Assembly (NCBI GenBank): GCA_041662245.1
Contig: JBAZSW010000004.1
Span: 11,454 to 75,453 of the forward strand
Source of the DNA: Parcubacteria group bacterium
GTDB taxonomy: Bacteria > Patescibacteriota > Minisyncoccia > Moranbacterales > UBA9337
Direction: 5' to 3'
Length of the DNA: 64,000 nt
A program made the translations under genes and the position numbers. Numbering within the stretch: position 1 is the first letter of the stretch; each line of letters begins with the position of its first letter. Under the pieces are notes generated by a model that saw only the letters and a program-made list of their open reading frames with translations, searched no databases and was not told the DNA's origin. Positions 18,914-28,589 of the stretch are shown here, piece by piece.

Positions 18914-21067
18914 ATGTTAAATTTAGAGACAAAAATTAAGGAAACTTTTCATATCAAGCCATCTCAAGCAGAAAAGTTAAAGAAACTCGGTATTATTACG
19001 GTAGGTGATTTTCTATTTCATTTTCCAGCTCGTTATGATGATCTTTCGAAGCTAGTTAATATCGCAGATATAATTCCAGAGCAAAGCGCGACTGTAAACG
19101 GAGAAATAATAAAATTTAACCTAAAAAGAAGTTGGCATAAAAAAATTAGCATCATTGAAATTCAACTTCAAGATGAAACGGGAATTGTCCGCGCCACTTG
19201 GTTTAATCAAAAATATTTAATTGATGTTTTTAGTAAAAATAAATATATCCGCCTCAGCGGTAAGGCCAAGCTAGATAAAAATGGTTTTAACTTCTCCAAT
19301 CCAATCTGGGAAATATCCGACAAAAGCCCCAATCATACAGGACGAATTGTCCCAATTTATCCAGAAACCAAGGGCATTACTTCCAAATGGCTACGCTGGC
19401 AAATCGAAACTATTTTTAAAAATGATTTTGAGATTATCGATCCCCTTCCCAGTGAGATATTAAAAAAATATCATCTCCCTACTCTCAAGAAATCTCTTTT
19501 TGATATTCATTTTCCCAAATCAGAAGATTCTTATTTGGTAGCGCAAAAAAGATTTGCCTTTTTTGATATGTTTCTAATCCAACTGCATTCTTTACAAATC
19601 AAAAAACAACTCAAAAAAGAAAGTGCTCAAAAATTAGAATTTCCTGACTTGGAAATCAAAAAATTTCTCGATTCCCTACCCTTTGAATTAACTAATGACC
19701 AAAAAAAAGCTTTTAAAGAAATAAAAAAAGATTTAGAAAAATCCCATCCCATGAATCGCCTCTTAAATGGAGATGTGGGCTCCGGCAAAACCATCATTGC
19801 TCTTTTGGCAGCTCTTCAAACATCCATTAATGGCTTTCAGGTCGCCGTTATGGCGCCAACGGAAGTTTTAGCCTACCAACATTTCGAAAATTTTTCTAAA
19901 ATACTCTCTGCTTTTAATATTTCTGTGGGACTTCTTACCAATTCTTATAAGTTAGTCAACGGTTCGGAGTCAACAGTTCAGAGTAAAGAAAAATTGTTAT
20001 TAAAAAATTCGAAATTAGAAATTCAAAATTATTCCAATAATATTAAAAAGATTTCACGTGAAACAATGCTGGAGAAAATTAAAAATGGTGCTATTGATAT
20101 TGTTATCGGTACCCATGCCATCATTCAAAAAGATATTCGTTTTAAAAATTTGGCTCTTATTATTATCGATGAACAGCACCGATTTGGCGTTGCTCAAAGA
20201 AGTCATTTGCAACAAAAAATTACTGAAATAAATGATGGCTTAGCTAATAAAATTCCTCATTTTTTAACCATGACCGCCACTCCCATTCCTCGCACTATCT
20301 CGATGACCCTTTTGGGAAGTTTGGATGTCTCCTTAATAACCCAAATGCCTAAAAATAGAAAACCTATTATTACTCAAATGGTATTACCCAATAAACAGAA
20401 TGAAGTTTATAATTTTATTCGCAGTGAAATTAAAAAAGGCCATCAAGTCTTTGTTATCTTACCCCTAGTTGAAGAATCTGAAAAAATTACTGAAGTAAAA
20501 GCAGCTATCAGCGAACATGAGCGCCTTCTGCGAGATGTTTTTCCCGATCTAAGATTAGGCCTTTTGCATGGTCGAATGAAAAGCAAAGAGAAAGAAAAAA
20601 TAATGTTGGATTTTAAAAATAAAAAAACTGATATTCTTGTGTCCACTTCAGTTATCGAAGTAGGAATTGATATTCCCAATGCGACAGTAATGATAATCGA
20701 AGAAGCCTATCGATTTGGACTTTCTCAGCTTCATCAATTTCGTGGAAGAGTCGGACGTGGCGAAAATCAATCCTATTGTTTTTTGTTTTCTAAAAATTCC
20801 ACTGCTCGCCTAAAGACTCTAGAAAAATATACAGATGGATTTAAAGTTGCCCAAAAAGATTTAGAATTACGAGGTCCTGGAGATTTCCTCGGCACTCGCC
20901 AATCAGGACTAGCTGACTCTACGATGCAAAATATAACCAATATTAAAATGATAAAATTCGCCCTAGAGGAAGCTCAAACTATAATTAAAAAGGATATCTA
21001 TTTAAAAAAATATCCCCTCCTCAAAAAATCATTAGATAAAATGAGCCAAAATATTCATTTGGAGTAA
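18914..21067 (+). CDS. recG: ATP-dependent DNA helicase RecG
   Basis: GDVGSGKT, DEQHRFG, TATPIPRT, HQFRGRVGRG and RGPGDFLG motifs. Confidence 0.97.
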   Translation: MLNLETKIKETFHIKPSQAEKLKKLGIITVGDFLFHFPARYDDLSKLVNIADIIPEQSATVNGEIIKFNLKRSWHKKISIIEIQLQDETGIVRATWFNQKYLIDVFSKNKYIRLSGKAKLDKNGFNFSNPIWEISDKSPNHTGRIVPIYPETKGITSKWLRWQIETIFKNDFEIIDPLPSEILKKYHLPTLKKSLFDIHFPKSEDSYLVAQKRFAFFDMFLIQLHSLQIKKQLKKESAQKLEFPDLEIKKFLDSLPFELTNDQKKAFKEIKKDLEKSHPMNRLLNGDVGSGKTIIALLAALQTSINGFQVAVMAPTEVLAYQHFENFSKILSAFNISVGLLTNSYKLVNGSESTVQSKEKLLLKNSKLEIQNYSNNIKKISRETMLEKIKNGAIDIVIGTHAIIQKDIRFKNLALIIIDEQHRFGVAQRSHLQQKITEINDGLANKIPHFLTMTATPIPRTISMTLLGSLDVSLITQMPKNRKPIITQMVLPNKQNEVYNFIRSEIKKGHQVFVILPLVEESEKITEVKAAISEHERLLRDVFPDLRLGLLHGRMKSKEKEKIMLDFKNKKTDILVSTSVIEVGIDIPNATVMIIEEAYRFGLSQLHQFRGRVGRGENQSYCFLFSKNSTARLKTLEKYTDGFKVAQKDLELRGPGDFLGTRQSGLADSTMQNITNIKMIKFALEEAQTIIKKDIYLKKYPLLKKSLDKMSQNIHLE
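20050..20065. promoter_or_regulatory. parS-like site inside recG
   Basis: GATTTCACGTGAAACA, 14/16 match to TGTTTCACGTGAAACA; parAB present in the window. Confidence 0.45.
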
Positions 21068-21084
21068 CAATGTGGTAAATTTTT

Positions 21085-21123
21085 AAAGGGGTGGCATTCT
21101 GCTAAATGCTACCCCTTCTTTTT
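21085..21123. terminator. Bidirectional terminator
   Basis: AAGGGGTGGCATT..AATGCTACCCCTT between convergent genes. Confidence 0.75.
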
Positions 21124-21452
21124 TAGAAAAAACTCCTTTCATCTGACAATTTAATGTCAGTCGGAACTATAATTGTTTTATCTTTATGGACTTTCCCTCT
21201 CTGGTGAGGAATGTGAAATTTGATAATCACATCACCAGTTTTGGGCAGATAATTGTCTACCCTTAGATGAACTTCATTTTGAAAAATTTCCATTCCTCCG
21301 AAATGATTATACAATCCATCTGGATCTTCAAGTTCAAAATTATGAGAAGCTACCATCTCTTTCTCTTCAAAAAGACTTATAAGAAAAATGTTTTGGTCTT
21401 TTACTGCCATAGCTATCATGCCATAATTTTTTTTACCAAATTCAAATTTCAT
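21123..21452 (-). CDS. Hypothetical protein (ORFan-like)
   Basis: 109-aa ORF with GGAG SD and downstream terminator. Confidence 0.6.
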   Translation of the reverse strand: MKFEFGKKNYGMIAMAVKDQNIFLISLFEEKEMVASHNFELEDPDGLYNHFGGMEIFQNEVHLRVDNYLPKTGDVIIKFHIPHQRGKVHKDKTIIVPTDIKLSDERSFF

Positions 21453-21604
21453 CCGTTCTCTCCATTCTCATACTTTTTAATAAAAAATGAACAAGTCCCC
21501 TTCTGACTATAACCCATTTATTGTAATATAATATCTGAAGTTAATCAAATTCGGTATAATTAACAGTACCGCCCAATGGCTTATTGGTACATTGCCCTAT
21601 CCTC

Positions 21605-21633
21605 TTGTCAGTTTATCACTAACAATGTATAAT
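21605..21633 (+). promoter_or_regulatory. thrS promoter
   Basis: TTGTCA-N17-TATAAT. Confidence 0.7.
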
Positions 21634-21655
21634 ATCATATAGATACAATTTAATC

Positions 21656-21810
21656 AAGTATTGATGTGGTCTCACCAACCATGGAGCTTGTGTTTTTAGG
21701 GATTTAGCAAGATAAATCCCAAAAAGTCGCCCAAATAAAATCGGGAAGCTAAGTGGAACCGTCCAAGCTTTGGACCTTAGCAATTCATAATTTTGTTTTG
21801 GCGTTTTTTT
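21656..21810 (+). ncRNA. T-box riboswitch (Thr) with ultrashort Stem I
   Basis: Antiterminator GCTAAG-TGGAACC-GTCCA(AGCTT)TGGAC-CTTAGC at 21748-21781; hairpin TGGT-CTCACCA-ACCA with ACC (Thr) in the loop; upstream of thrS. Confidence 0.8.
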
Positions 21811-21895
21811 ATTTTTTATTAAAGGCAAAGCCGAAGGCGGGTTTCACAAATTAAACAATCAGCTATATCTAAATAAATACTAGGTTTTGTTGCGG

Positions 21896-21923
21896 GAGAT
21901 TTATCCACAAGGTCGAAATGACA
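21896..21923 (-). repeat. GTCAT-family palindromic repeat
   Basis: Reverse complement TGTCATTTCGACCTTGTGGATAAATCTC. Confidence 0.65.
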
Positions 21924-22015
21924 AACTCGAATGATTCATTGAAAAATTAAGCCTCTCTCGGCACTTTTTCAATTACCAAAAAATAACTAAATAATAATTT
22001 TAACACATAAATAAT

Positions 22016-23758
22016 ATGAATAAAGAAAACAAAAATGAAATTTTAAAACATTCTACAGCTCACATTTTGGCTGCAGCTGTTTTGGATATGTTTCCCGAGG
22101 CTAAATTTGGAATCGGACCAGCCATTGAGGAAGGCTTTTATTACGATTTTGAATTGCCTCGAACTCTCATTCCTGAAGATTTAGAAATTCTCGAAGAAAA
22201 AATGCAAAATATTATCAAGGAAAATCATCTTTTTGAAAGAAGGGAGATTTCTATTGAAGAAGCCTTGGAGCATTTTACGAAACTTAACCAAACTTACAAA
22301 ATTGAATTAATCAATGATTTAAAAAACGCAGGCGAAACCACTGTGTCCGTTTACAAATCTGGACATTTTACTGATCTTTGCCGAGGACCGCATGTTGAGT
22401 CTACTAAAGAAATAAATTCACAAGCTTTCAAATTAACCAAGATTTCTGGCGCTTATTGGAAAGCAGACGAAAAGAACACTCAATTGCAAAGAATCTACGG
22501 AGTAGTTTTTAGCGATAAAAAAGAATTGAAAGAATATTTACATCAACAAGAGCAGGCTAAGCTAAGAGACCATAGAAAAATTGGAAAAGAATTGGATTTA
22601 TTTTCTTTTCATGAAGTGGCTCCAGGCATGCCGTTTTTTCATCCTCGTGGAACTATCATTTATAATGAGTTAAAAAATTTCTGGATTGAAACTCAAAAAG
22701 AATTTAGTTATGAAACAATTCTCTGTCCTTCTATGTTGGACGTCTCTATTTGGAAAAAATCAGGACATTGGGATCATTACAAGGATGATATGTATTTCGT
22801 AAGTGCTGGAGAAAATGAAAAGCAGTTTGCATTACGTCCAATGGATTGCCCAGGAGCAATCTTGGTTTATAATAATTCTCTGAAGTCATATCGAGACTTG
22901 CCCCTACGCTACGCTGAGCCAGGCTTAATTACTCGTAAGGAAAAATCCGGACAACTCGGAGGATTACTTCGCGTTCAACAATTTACTCAAGATGATGCTC
23001 ATATTTTCATTAGCACAGATCAAATCAAAGAGGAAATTAAGAACGTAATCCAACTAATAGACAAAATCTACAAACCATTTGGCTTAGAATACAAAGCCTA
23101 TCTCTCTACTCGCCCAGAAGACTTTATGGGTAAAATAGAAGATTGGGACAAGGCTGAAGAATCTTTAAAAAAAATACTCGAAGAATTATATGACGGCAAT
23201 TACGGCCTTAAAGAAAAAGATGGAGCGTTTTATGGTCCAAAAATTGATTTTCAATTAAAAGATGCTATTGGAAGAACGTGGCAATGTGCCACGATTCAAC
23301 TAGACTTTCAAATGCCTCTCAAATTCGATTGCAAATACATAGACAAAGATGGGAAAGAAAAGACACCTGTTTTGATTCATCGAACCATAATGGGCTCTTT
23401 TGAGCGCTTTATGGGAATTCTAATTGAGCACTACGCCGGAGCTTTCCCAACTTGGCTTTCCCCCATTCAAGTAGCTATCGTACCTGTGAGTGAAAAATTC
23501 AATGACTACGCCAATGACGTAAAAAATAAACTTATAACCAGTGGGATTCGAATACACTTAAACATAAAAGATGAAAGCCTAGGTAAAAGAATCCGCGAAG
23601 AGGAAAAATTAAAAGTTCCTCATATCCTCATAATTGGAGAAAAGGAAGTTGCTGACAGCACTGTGACTGTGCGCTCACGTGGAGTGAAAAAACAAAAAAC
23701 TTTAGGAGTGGAAGAATTTGTGAGTCAAATTATGAAAGAAGTGGCTAACAAAAAATAA
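22016..23758 (+). CDS. thrS: Threonine--tRNA ligase (no N-terminal TGS domain)
   Basis: HSTAH, DLCRGPH, RDHRKIG, GAFYGPKID and IEHYAGAFP motifs. Confidence 0.97.
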   Translation: MNKENKNEILKHSTAHILAAAVLDMFPEAKFGIGPAIEEGFYYDFELPRTLIPEDLEILEEKMQNIIKENHLFERREISIEEALEHFTKLNQTYKIELINDLKNAGETTVSVYKSGHFTDLCRGPHVESTKEINSQAFKLTKISGAYWKADEKNTQLQRIYGVVFSDKKELKEYLHQQEQAKLRDHRKIGKELDLFSFHEVAPGMPFFHPRGTIIYNELKNFWIETQKEFSYETILCPSMLDVSIWKKSGHWDHYKDDMYFVSAGENEKQFALRPMDCPGAILVYNNSLKSYRDLPLRYAEPGLITRKEKSGQLGGLLRVQQFTQDDAHIFISTDQIKEEIKNVIQLIDKIYKPFGLEYKAYLSTRPEDFMGKIEDWDKAEESLKKILEELYDGNYGLKEKDGAFYGPKIDFQLKDAIGRTWQCATIQLDFQMPLKFDCKYIDKDGKEKTPVLIHRTIMGSFERFMGILIEHYAGAFPTWLSPIQVAIVPVSEKFNDYANDVKNKLITSGIRIHLNIKDESLGKRIREEEKLKVPHILIIGEKEVADSTVTVRSRGVKKQKTLGVEEFVSQIMKEVANKK

Positions 23759-23791
23759 AAAAGTCCTTAAAATATAAAGCTCTCTCGCTCC

Positions 23792-23818
23792 TGTCATCCT
23801 CGCGAATGCGGGGATCTC
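23792..23818 (+). repeat. GTCAT-family palindromic repeat, left flank of the GIY-YIG gene
   Basis: TGTCATCCTCGCGAATGCGGGGATCTC. Confidence 0.75.
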
Positions 23819-23843
23819 CTGTAAGTTAAATAAATAAAATAAT

Positions 23844-24137
23844 ATGAAACATTATTACGTTTATATTTTAACAAATAAAAAGGATGGCGTTCTATATATT
23901 GGAATTACTAATAATCTAGAGCGAAGGGTTTGTGAGCACAAAAATAAAAAAATAAAAGGATTCACAGAAAAATATAATTTAGATAAATTAATTTTTTATG
24001 AAGAGACTAACGACGTGGCATTTGCTATCCAAAGAGAAAAGCAGTTGAAAAAATGGAATAGAAAATGGAAAATAGATTTAATAGAAAAAGATAATCCAAA
24101 TTGGACAGACTTGGCAAGTAGCTGGTATGGAGATTAA
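23844..24137 (+). CDS. GIY-YIG nuclease (UPF0213/SLX1-like)
   Basis: YYVYIL..LYIGITNNLERR..EH..AIQREKQLKKW. Confidence 0.9.
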   Translation: MKHYYVYILTNKKDGVLYIGITNNLERRVCEHKNKKIKGFTEKYNLDKLIFYEETNDVAFAIQREKQLKKWNRKWKIDLIEKDNPNWTDLASSWYGD

Positions 24138-24142
24138 ATGTA

Positions 24143-24220
24143 GAGATCCCCGATAAATTAATTTCTGAAGTTCTCCGCCGGCTGGCGGATCGCTAAGAAA
24201 TTATATTTTCGAGGATGACA
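24143..24220 (-). repeat. GTCAT-family repeat, right flank (inverted), with nested hairpins
   Basis: GAGATCCCCGA...TCGAGGATGACA enclosing an AT-rich stem and TCCGCCGGCTGGCGGA. Confidence 0.75.
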
Positions 24221-24341
24221 CACTGAAAAACAATTTTTATTCTTAAAAAGTATATGCCTAGGTATATACTTTTTAATTTGAATTTTATTTTTTATTTCAA
24301 TACCCAAAAAACTACTGCCTACAAGCTACCTACACTGAATT

Positions 24342-26072
24342 CTACCATCCTCCGCCACCGCCTCCACCACCGCCACCTCCAGCTCCACCGCCACCTCCTG
24401 AACCCGAAGGAGCAGAAGTATTGGCAGAAATACTCTCCGATAAACTCGTCATTGCAGAAGAAAAGTTATTAGCATCAAACGTTCCTAAGCTGCTACCTAC
24501 ATACCAAGCTGGCACATGTGTAGCAAAATATTCTTCCCCGTAAATTTCTTTTATTTTTTTTATCCAAATATCCGTAATTTCAAATAAAATCGCGTAAGGA
24601 AGAAACTTCTCAAAAATATTTTCTTCTTCATAAAACTTCGCCCTATCTTTATCCACTGTTTCCATAAAAAGTTTAAAACCATCAATTTGCCACTTCATTT
24701 GGGCTCCCTCTGTAGTCCGTTTGGGCATAATAAAACTAAAAATCAAAAAAATTATACTAGCAGAAATCGTTGCTAAGGCCAAACCTACAGAAACACTAAA
24801 TAACATCATTCCTCCAAAGATAGTCAAAAAACAAAGAATCTGAAAAGCTGTCGCAAAAGAAAGTCCTGATTTTACAATTAAATTTTTGTTAATTAATATT
24901 TCAGTCCCTTTTTTCTTAACATCGGCCAAAACTTTATAAAAACTATTTTTTAATGAAGACAAAGTTACAATATTACCCGCACTAAATACTTCATCTAAAA
25001 TAGCTTTCTGAGCTTCATTTAAGCCCTTTTCAGCCTCGGCATTATTAGTTCGAGTAAACTCATAATCTTTGGAATGAAAAAATAATATTTTATTATCCAC
25101 TTCCCTTATAGTTAAAATTTTCTGAGTGGCAAAATTGATTATCTCGGCTGTAATAAAATTATTTTTAAAAGTTCCATTACTAAGCAACAACCCCATCTCT
25201 AGAGGAGACATTCCCTTGGGTGCTTCATACTCGGCAATGACAGTTTTATCCAGCTTGGGATCTTTGCCATATTTCTGCCAAAGCCTAAAGCAAATAGAAA
25301 AAATAATAACAGGAATCAGGAGAGAAAAATATTTTCCATATTTTTCCCAAAAACTAGGAATGTAAGGAGTGAAAATATTTTTAGGAAAAGTTACTGCAGC
25401 GGTAATTCCCTGTCCTACCGCTAACGTCCCTATTGAGTTAACTTCCAACATATTACTATTCATCCATTTAAAATCAGCCAAAATATTCCCTTTTTCACCC
25501 AAAAAACCAGAATATATATCCACAGTACTATTTTCTTTTTTTACTTCTTCAGGAAAAATTATTTCAATGCGTGCACTATCAATTTCCAAATCCCAAAAAT
25601 TTCCTGTTAAATTCCAGTAGAATTCATCAAAATTATTATTATAAAAACGAATAGCATTTTTTACTCTATATTTAATTACATAAATGTGTGTGCCTTGGAC
25701 AGTTGTGCTGGCATCTCCAATTTTCCAAGTTACAGTATTATCACTACTGTTTTTAGACTCGGTAAATTTATAGTCATTACCATTTTCGTCTTTAATACTA
25801 ATAAGATCAATGGGAGTTTTCACAGTCCCCTTGCCATCAATATTTATTTTTTCAGGCAATATTCGAAATATTCCATGTTTACCAATAGCTTCACCACAAT
25901 CAGCCACAATCTTTTCAGTGATATTCAAACTAGAATCTCGATTAATAACTATTTGAGAATCTAATCTTTTTACATACCAATCAGTAACGTTTTCGCGAGC
26001 CAGAGAATCTCCAACAAATAAAAATTGTGTGGCAAATAAGGCTAAAATTAGTTTGAAATAAATGTTTTTCAT
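24342..26072 (-). CDS. DUF2207-family membrane protein
   Basis: HGIFR, EFYWN, FEKFLPYA and a Gly-rich GGGGGGW C-terminus. Confidence 0.85.
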   Translation of the reverse strand: MKNIYFKLILALFATQFLFVGDSLARENVTDWYVKRLDSQIVINRDSSLNITEKIVADCGEAIGKHGIFRILPEKINIDGKGTVKTPIDLISIKDENGNDYKFTESKNSSDNTVTWKIGDASTTVQGTHIYVIKYRVKNAIRFYNNNFDEFYWNLTGNFWDLEIDSARIEIIFPEEVKKENSTVDIYSGFLGEKGNILADFKWMNSNMLEVNSIGTLAVGQGITAAVTFPKNIFTPYIPSFWEKYGKYFSLLIPVIIFSICFRLWQKYGKDPKLDKTVIAEYEAPKGMSPLEMGLLLSNGTFKNNFITAEIINFATQKILTIREVDNKILFFHSKDYEFTRTNNAEAEKGLNEAQKAILDEVFSAGNIVTLSSLKNSFYKVLADVKKKGTEILINKNLIVKSGLSFATAFQILCFLTIFGGMMLFSVSVGLALATISASIIFLIFSFIMPKRTTEGAQMKWQIDGFKLFMETVDKDRAKFYEEENIFEKFLPYAILFEITDIWIKKIKEIYGEEYFATHVPAWYVGSSLGTFDANNFSSAMTSLSESISANTSAPSGSGGGGGAGGGGGGGGGGGW

Positions 26073-26172
26073 AATTTATTATAATGTATTAAGTATCATG
26101 TATTAAGTATAAATAATAATATTTGTCTTATCTTTTCTATTTTACCTTACAAACATTAAGAACTTTAAAACT

Positions 26173-26790
26173 TTATAAACTTTTAATTTTTGGTTTTCTG
26201 ATTATAAAAAACAATCCAACTGCTACAATTGCACCCAATGTATCCGCCAGCATGTCTTTTTGTGCATCCCAAATATCTCCTTGGCTTCCCAAATAGGCTG
26301 CTCCAGCCACTGGATCAGATAAAGATGCATAAATCCATTCAATCAACTCATAACTCATCGCGATGGTCGCAATCACAAAAATTGGATAAGTAAATAATAA
26401 AAATTTGTTACCTACTAATCTTTTATTCCAAATCCACTCTGCTATTGCAAAGGCATAAAATCCCACTGAAAAATGAGCTATCCTATCAAAATGATTTCTC
26501 GAAAAGCCAAAAAAATCCGTCACCCAATCAAAAGGTACCCGCTCGAAAGTCCAATGTCCACCAATAGTGTGGAGATAAATAAGTACAAACATTAGCGCAT
26601 ACGCCATTTTGGAAAAACGAATTCCACCCCAATATATTCCCAAAATTAAAGCTAAAATAATCCATACCGTTAAATTTTCCACAAACCAAGTTGCTCTGTC
26701 CAATGGGTTAAAAGCTAAAACTAAGAACAAAACTGCATAACCTATCATTAAATACTTTAAAAAAAATTCTGATTCTTTTTTCTTTTGCAT
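26173..26790 (-). CDS. DUF2238 (YjdF-like) membrane protein
   Basis: RNHFDRIAHF; YELIEW; GSQGDIWDAQKDM. Confidence 0.85.
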   Translation of the reverse strand: MQKKKESEFFLKYLMIGYAVLFLVLAFNPLDRATWFVENLTVWIILALILGIYWGGIRFSKMAYALMFVLIYLHTIGGHWTFERVPFDWVTDFFGFSRNHFDRIAHFSVGFYAFAIAEWIWNKRLVGNKFLLFTYPIFVIATIAMSYELIEWIYASLSDPVAGAAYLGSQGDIWDAQKDMLADTLGAIVAVGLFFIIRKPKIKSL

Positions 26791-27001
26791 AATATTTTTT
26801 AAATTTTATTTTCTCCTTTATATTCTATCACAATTGACTAACAAAACAACAAAAATACTATTTTATCTGTATTTTTTTGGATATTTTAAAACATAGAATT
26901 CTACCTATTTTATATCGAAGACTATTGATTTTATAAGAAATTTTCAATAAAAAATCTTCACCAATTCAATCGATGAAGATTTTATGCGTCCTACCTTCTT
27001 T

Positions 27002-27352
27002 TCAGGAAAAACATGTATTAGCCATATCCATTTTTATTTCTTGCACAATTTTTTTAATCTGAAATATATCTTTCTCATCACAAACTGATTCTCGAGCGGC
27101 CGCTATCCTCTTTGACAAATTGTCCAATTTTTCTCTATCAGTACACTTAAGGTCTTCTGCTAAAAAAATCGTGACACGCTCTGCCAAATGTTTTAATTCC
27201 GGCAAAGCCCACCAACCAACTGCTATGTGAGTTGCCTCGTCACGTTCTTTTTTAATCCGCCTAATTTTTAATATTCCGTAAACTATAGGAAAAATTATCA
27301 AAAAAAATATCAAAAAAAATCCGAAAAATACAGGGAAGGAAAATGTATGCAT
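27002..27352 (-). CDS. Hypothetical protein with N-terminal TM helix (ORFan-like)
   Basis: AAGGAG SD; terminator hairpin near 26950-26985. Confidence 0.6.
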   Translation of the reverse strand: MHTFSFPVFFGFFLIFFLIIFPIVYGILKIRRIKKERDEATHIAVGWWALPELKHLAERVTIFLAEDLKCTDREKLDNLSKRIAAARESVCDEKDIFQIKKIVQEIKMDMANTCFS

Positions 27353-27534
27353 GGCTTACTCCTTATAAATAAGGTTTAAAAAAAGAACAACTGAATATAA
27401 TAATCCCCCTAATTAAAATCCATGTTTTTATTATACTATTTTTTACCATTTTTAACTAACTTTTTAATAATGGAAAAATTAAAAGCAAAAACACGGTTTC
27501 ATCCGTGTCTTTTGAAATATTGTTTTTAATGTCA

Positions 27535-27590
27535 GAGATTCCTCCACTTCTAAATTTTTGACTACAAAAATTTATTCGGTCGGAATGACA
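27535..27590 (-). repeat. GTCAT-family palindromic repeat with internal AT hairpin
   Basis: GAGATTCCTCCAC..AAATTTTTGACTACAAAAATTT..TCGGTCGGAATGACA. Confidence 0.7.
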
Positions 27591-27648
27591 ATACCAAAAC
27601 ATTTACACCGACTCTAGCATTTTCAATATCTAGAATATTTAAAACATC

Positions 27649-28206
27649 CTATGCTCTAGAAACATATTCACCCTTATCTGTATTTACAATAATTTTATCC
27701 CCTTCATTTACAAATAAAGGAGTAGTAATCTTAGCTCCAGTTTCTACTGTTACGAGCTTATCTCCACTGGACGCGGTATCACCTTTAATCCCTGGGGGAG
27801 CATAAGTCACAGTTAAAGTTACCTTAACAGGAAGTTCGATATTGATTGGGTTACCATTAAAATTGATAATAGCCACCTCTACTCCTTCAACTAAATACAA
27901 GGCTAAATCTCCAATAACTTTTTTAGGCAGAGAAAATTGATCATAGGTTTTACTGTCCATAAAAGCAAAACCATCTCCATCTTGATAGAGATACTGGGCA
28001 TAAGTTTTTTCTATATCAGCCTCATTTACTTTGTCAGCTCCTTGAAAAGTTTTTTCTAGAACTGCTCCTGTCATCAAATTTTTCAATTTGGTGCGAAGCA
28101 CTGCTCCTGCTCTTCCCATTTTAGAATGTTCATCCCAAAGTACCTTGTAAGGCTCCCCTTCCAAAACAATATTTTTTCCTGATTTTATTTTTGAGATATT
28201 TAACAT
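27649..28206 (-). CDS. efp: Elongation factor P
   Basis: KMGRAGAVLRTKLKN loop; PGIKGDTA; PLFVNEGD; YVSRA. Confidence 0.95.
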   Translation of the reverse strand: MLNISKIKSGKNIVLEGEPYKVLWDEHSKMGRAGAVLRTKLKNLMTGAVLEKTFQGADKVNEADIEKTYAQYLYQDGDGFAFMDSKTYDQFSLPKKVIGDLALYLVEGVEVAIINFNGNPINIELPVKVTLTVTYAPPGIKGDTASSGDKLVTVETGAKITTPLFVNEGDKIIVNTDKGEYVSRA

Positions 28207-28310
28207 TTAAAGTTAATTTCAAATTTTAAATTTCAAATTTTAAATGAAATCCTAATTGATAAATTAATAAATTCAAATTTGATTCGAAATTATAAATTCG
28301 AAATTCGAAA

Positions 28311-28520
28311 TTATTTAATAACTATTGGTGTTAATGCCATTATCCTAGATTGCTTGATAGCTCTAGTTAAAGTTCTTTGATGACGAGCGCAAGTCCCAAA
28401 TCTTCTAGGCGGATAAATTTTTCCTTGAGAGTTAACGAATCTTCTTAGCAACTCTGCATTTTTATAGTCAATTTTATCTATTTTATCTTGACAAAACTGG
28501 CAGGTCTTTTTTTCTAACAT
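28311..28520 (-). CDS. rpsR: 30S ribosomal protein S18
   Basis: CQFC; IDYKN; [17 protein letters not shown]. Confidence 0.95.
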   Translation of the reverse strand: MLEKKTCQFCQDKIDKIDYKNAELLRRFVNSQGKIYPPRRFGTCARHQRTLTRAIKQSRIMALTPIVIK

Positions 28521-28589
28521 TGGATTTGAAGCTTAAAATTATATTAAATTTGATTTAATACAATGAGCTAATAATTCTATTTAAATTAA

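Noticed and set aside
21619-21828. 69-aa minus-strand ORF
   Set aside because: Antisense to the T-box leader; no recognisable features.
21901-21909. DnaA box TTATCCACA / oriC
   Set aside because: Single box inside a GTCAT repeat copy (variant of TTCTCCAC); no cluster and no dnaA nearby.
24345-24400. (CCA/CCG)n GC-rich repeat
   Set aside because: Encodes the normal Gly-rich C-terminus of DUF2207.
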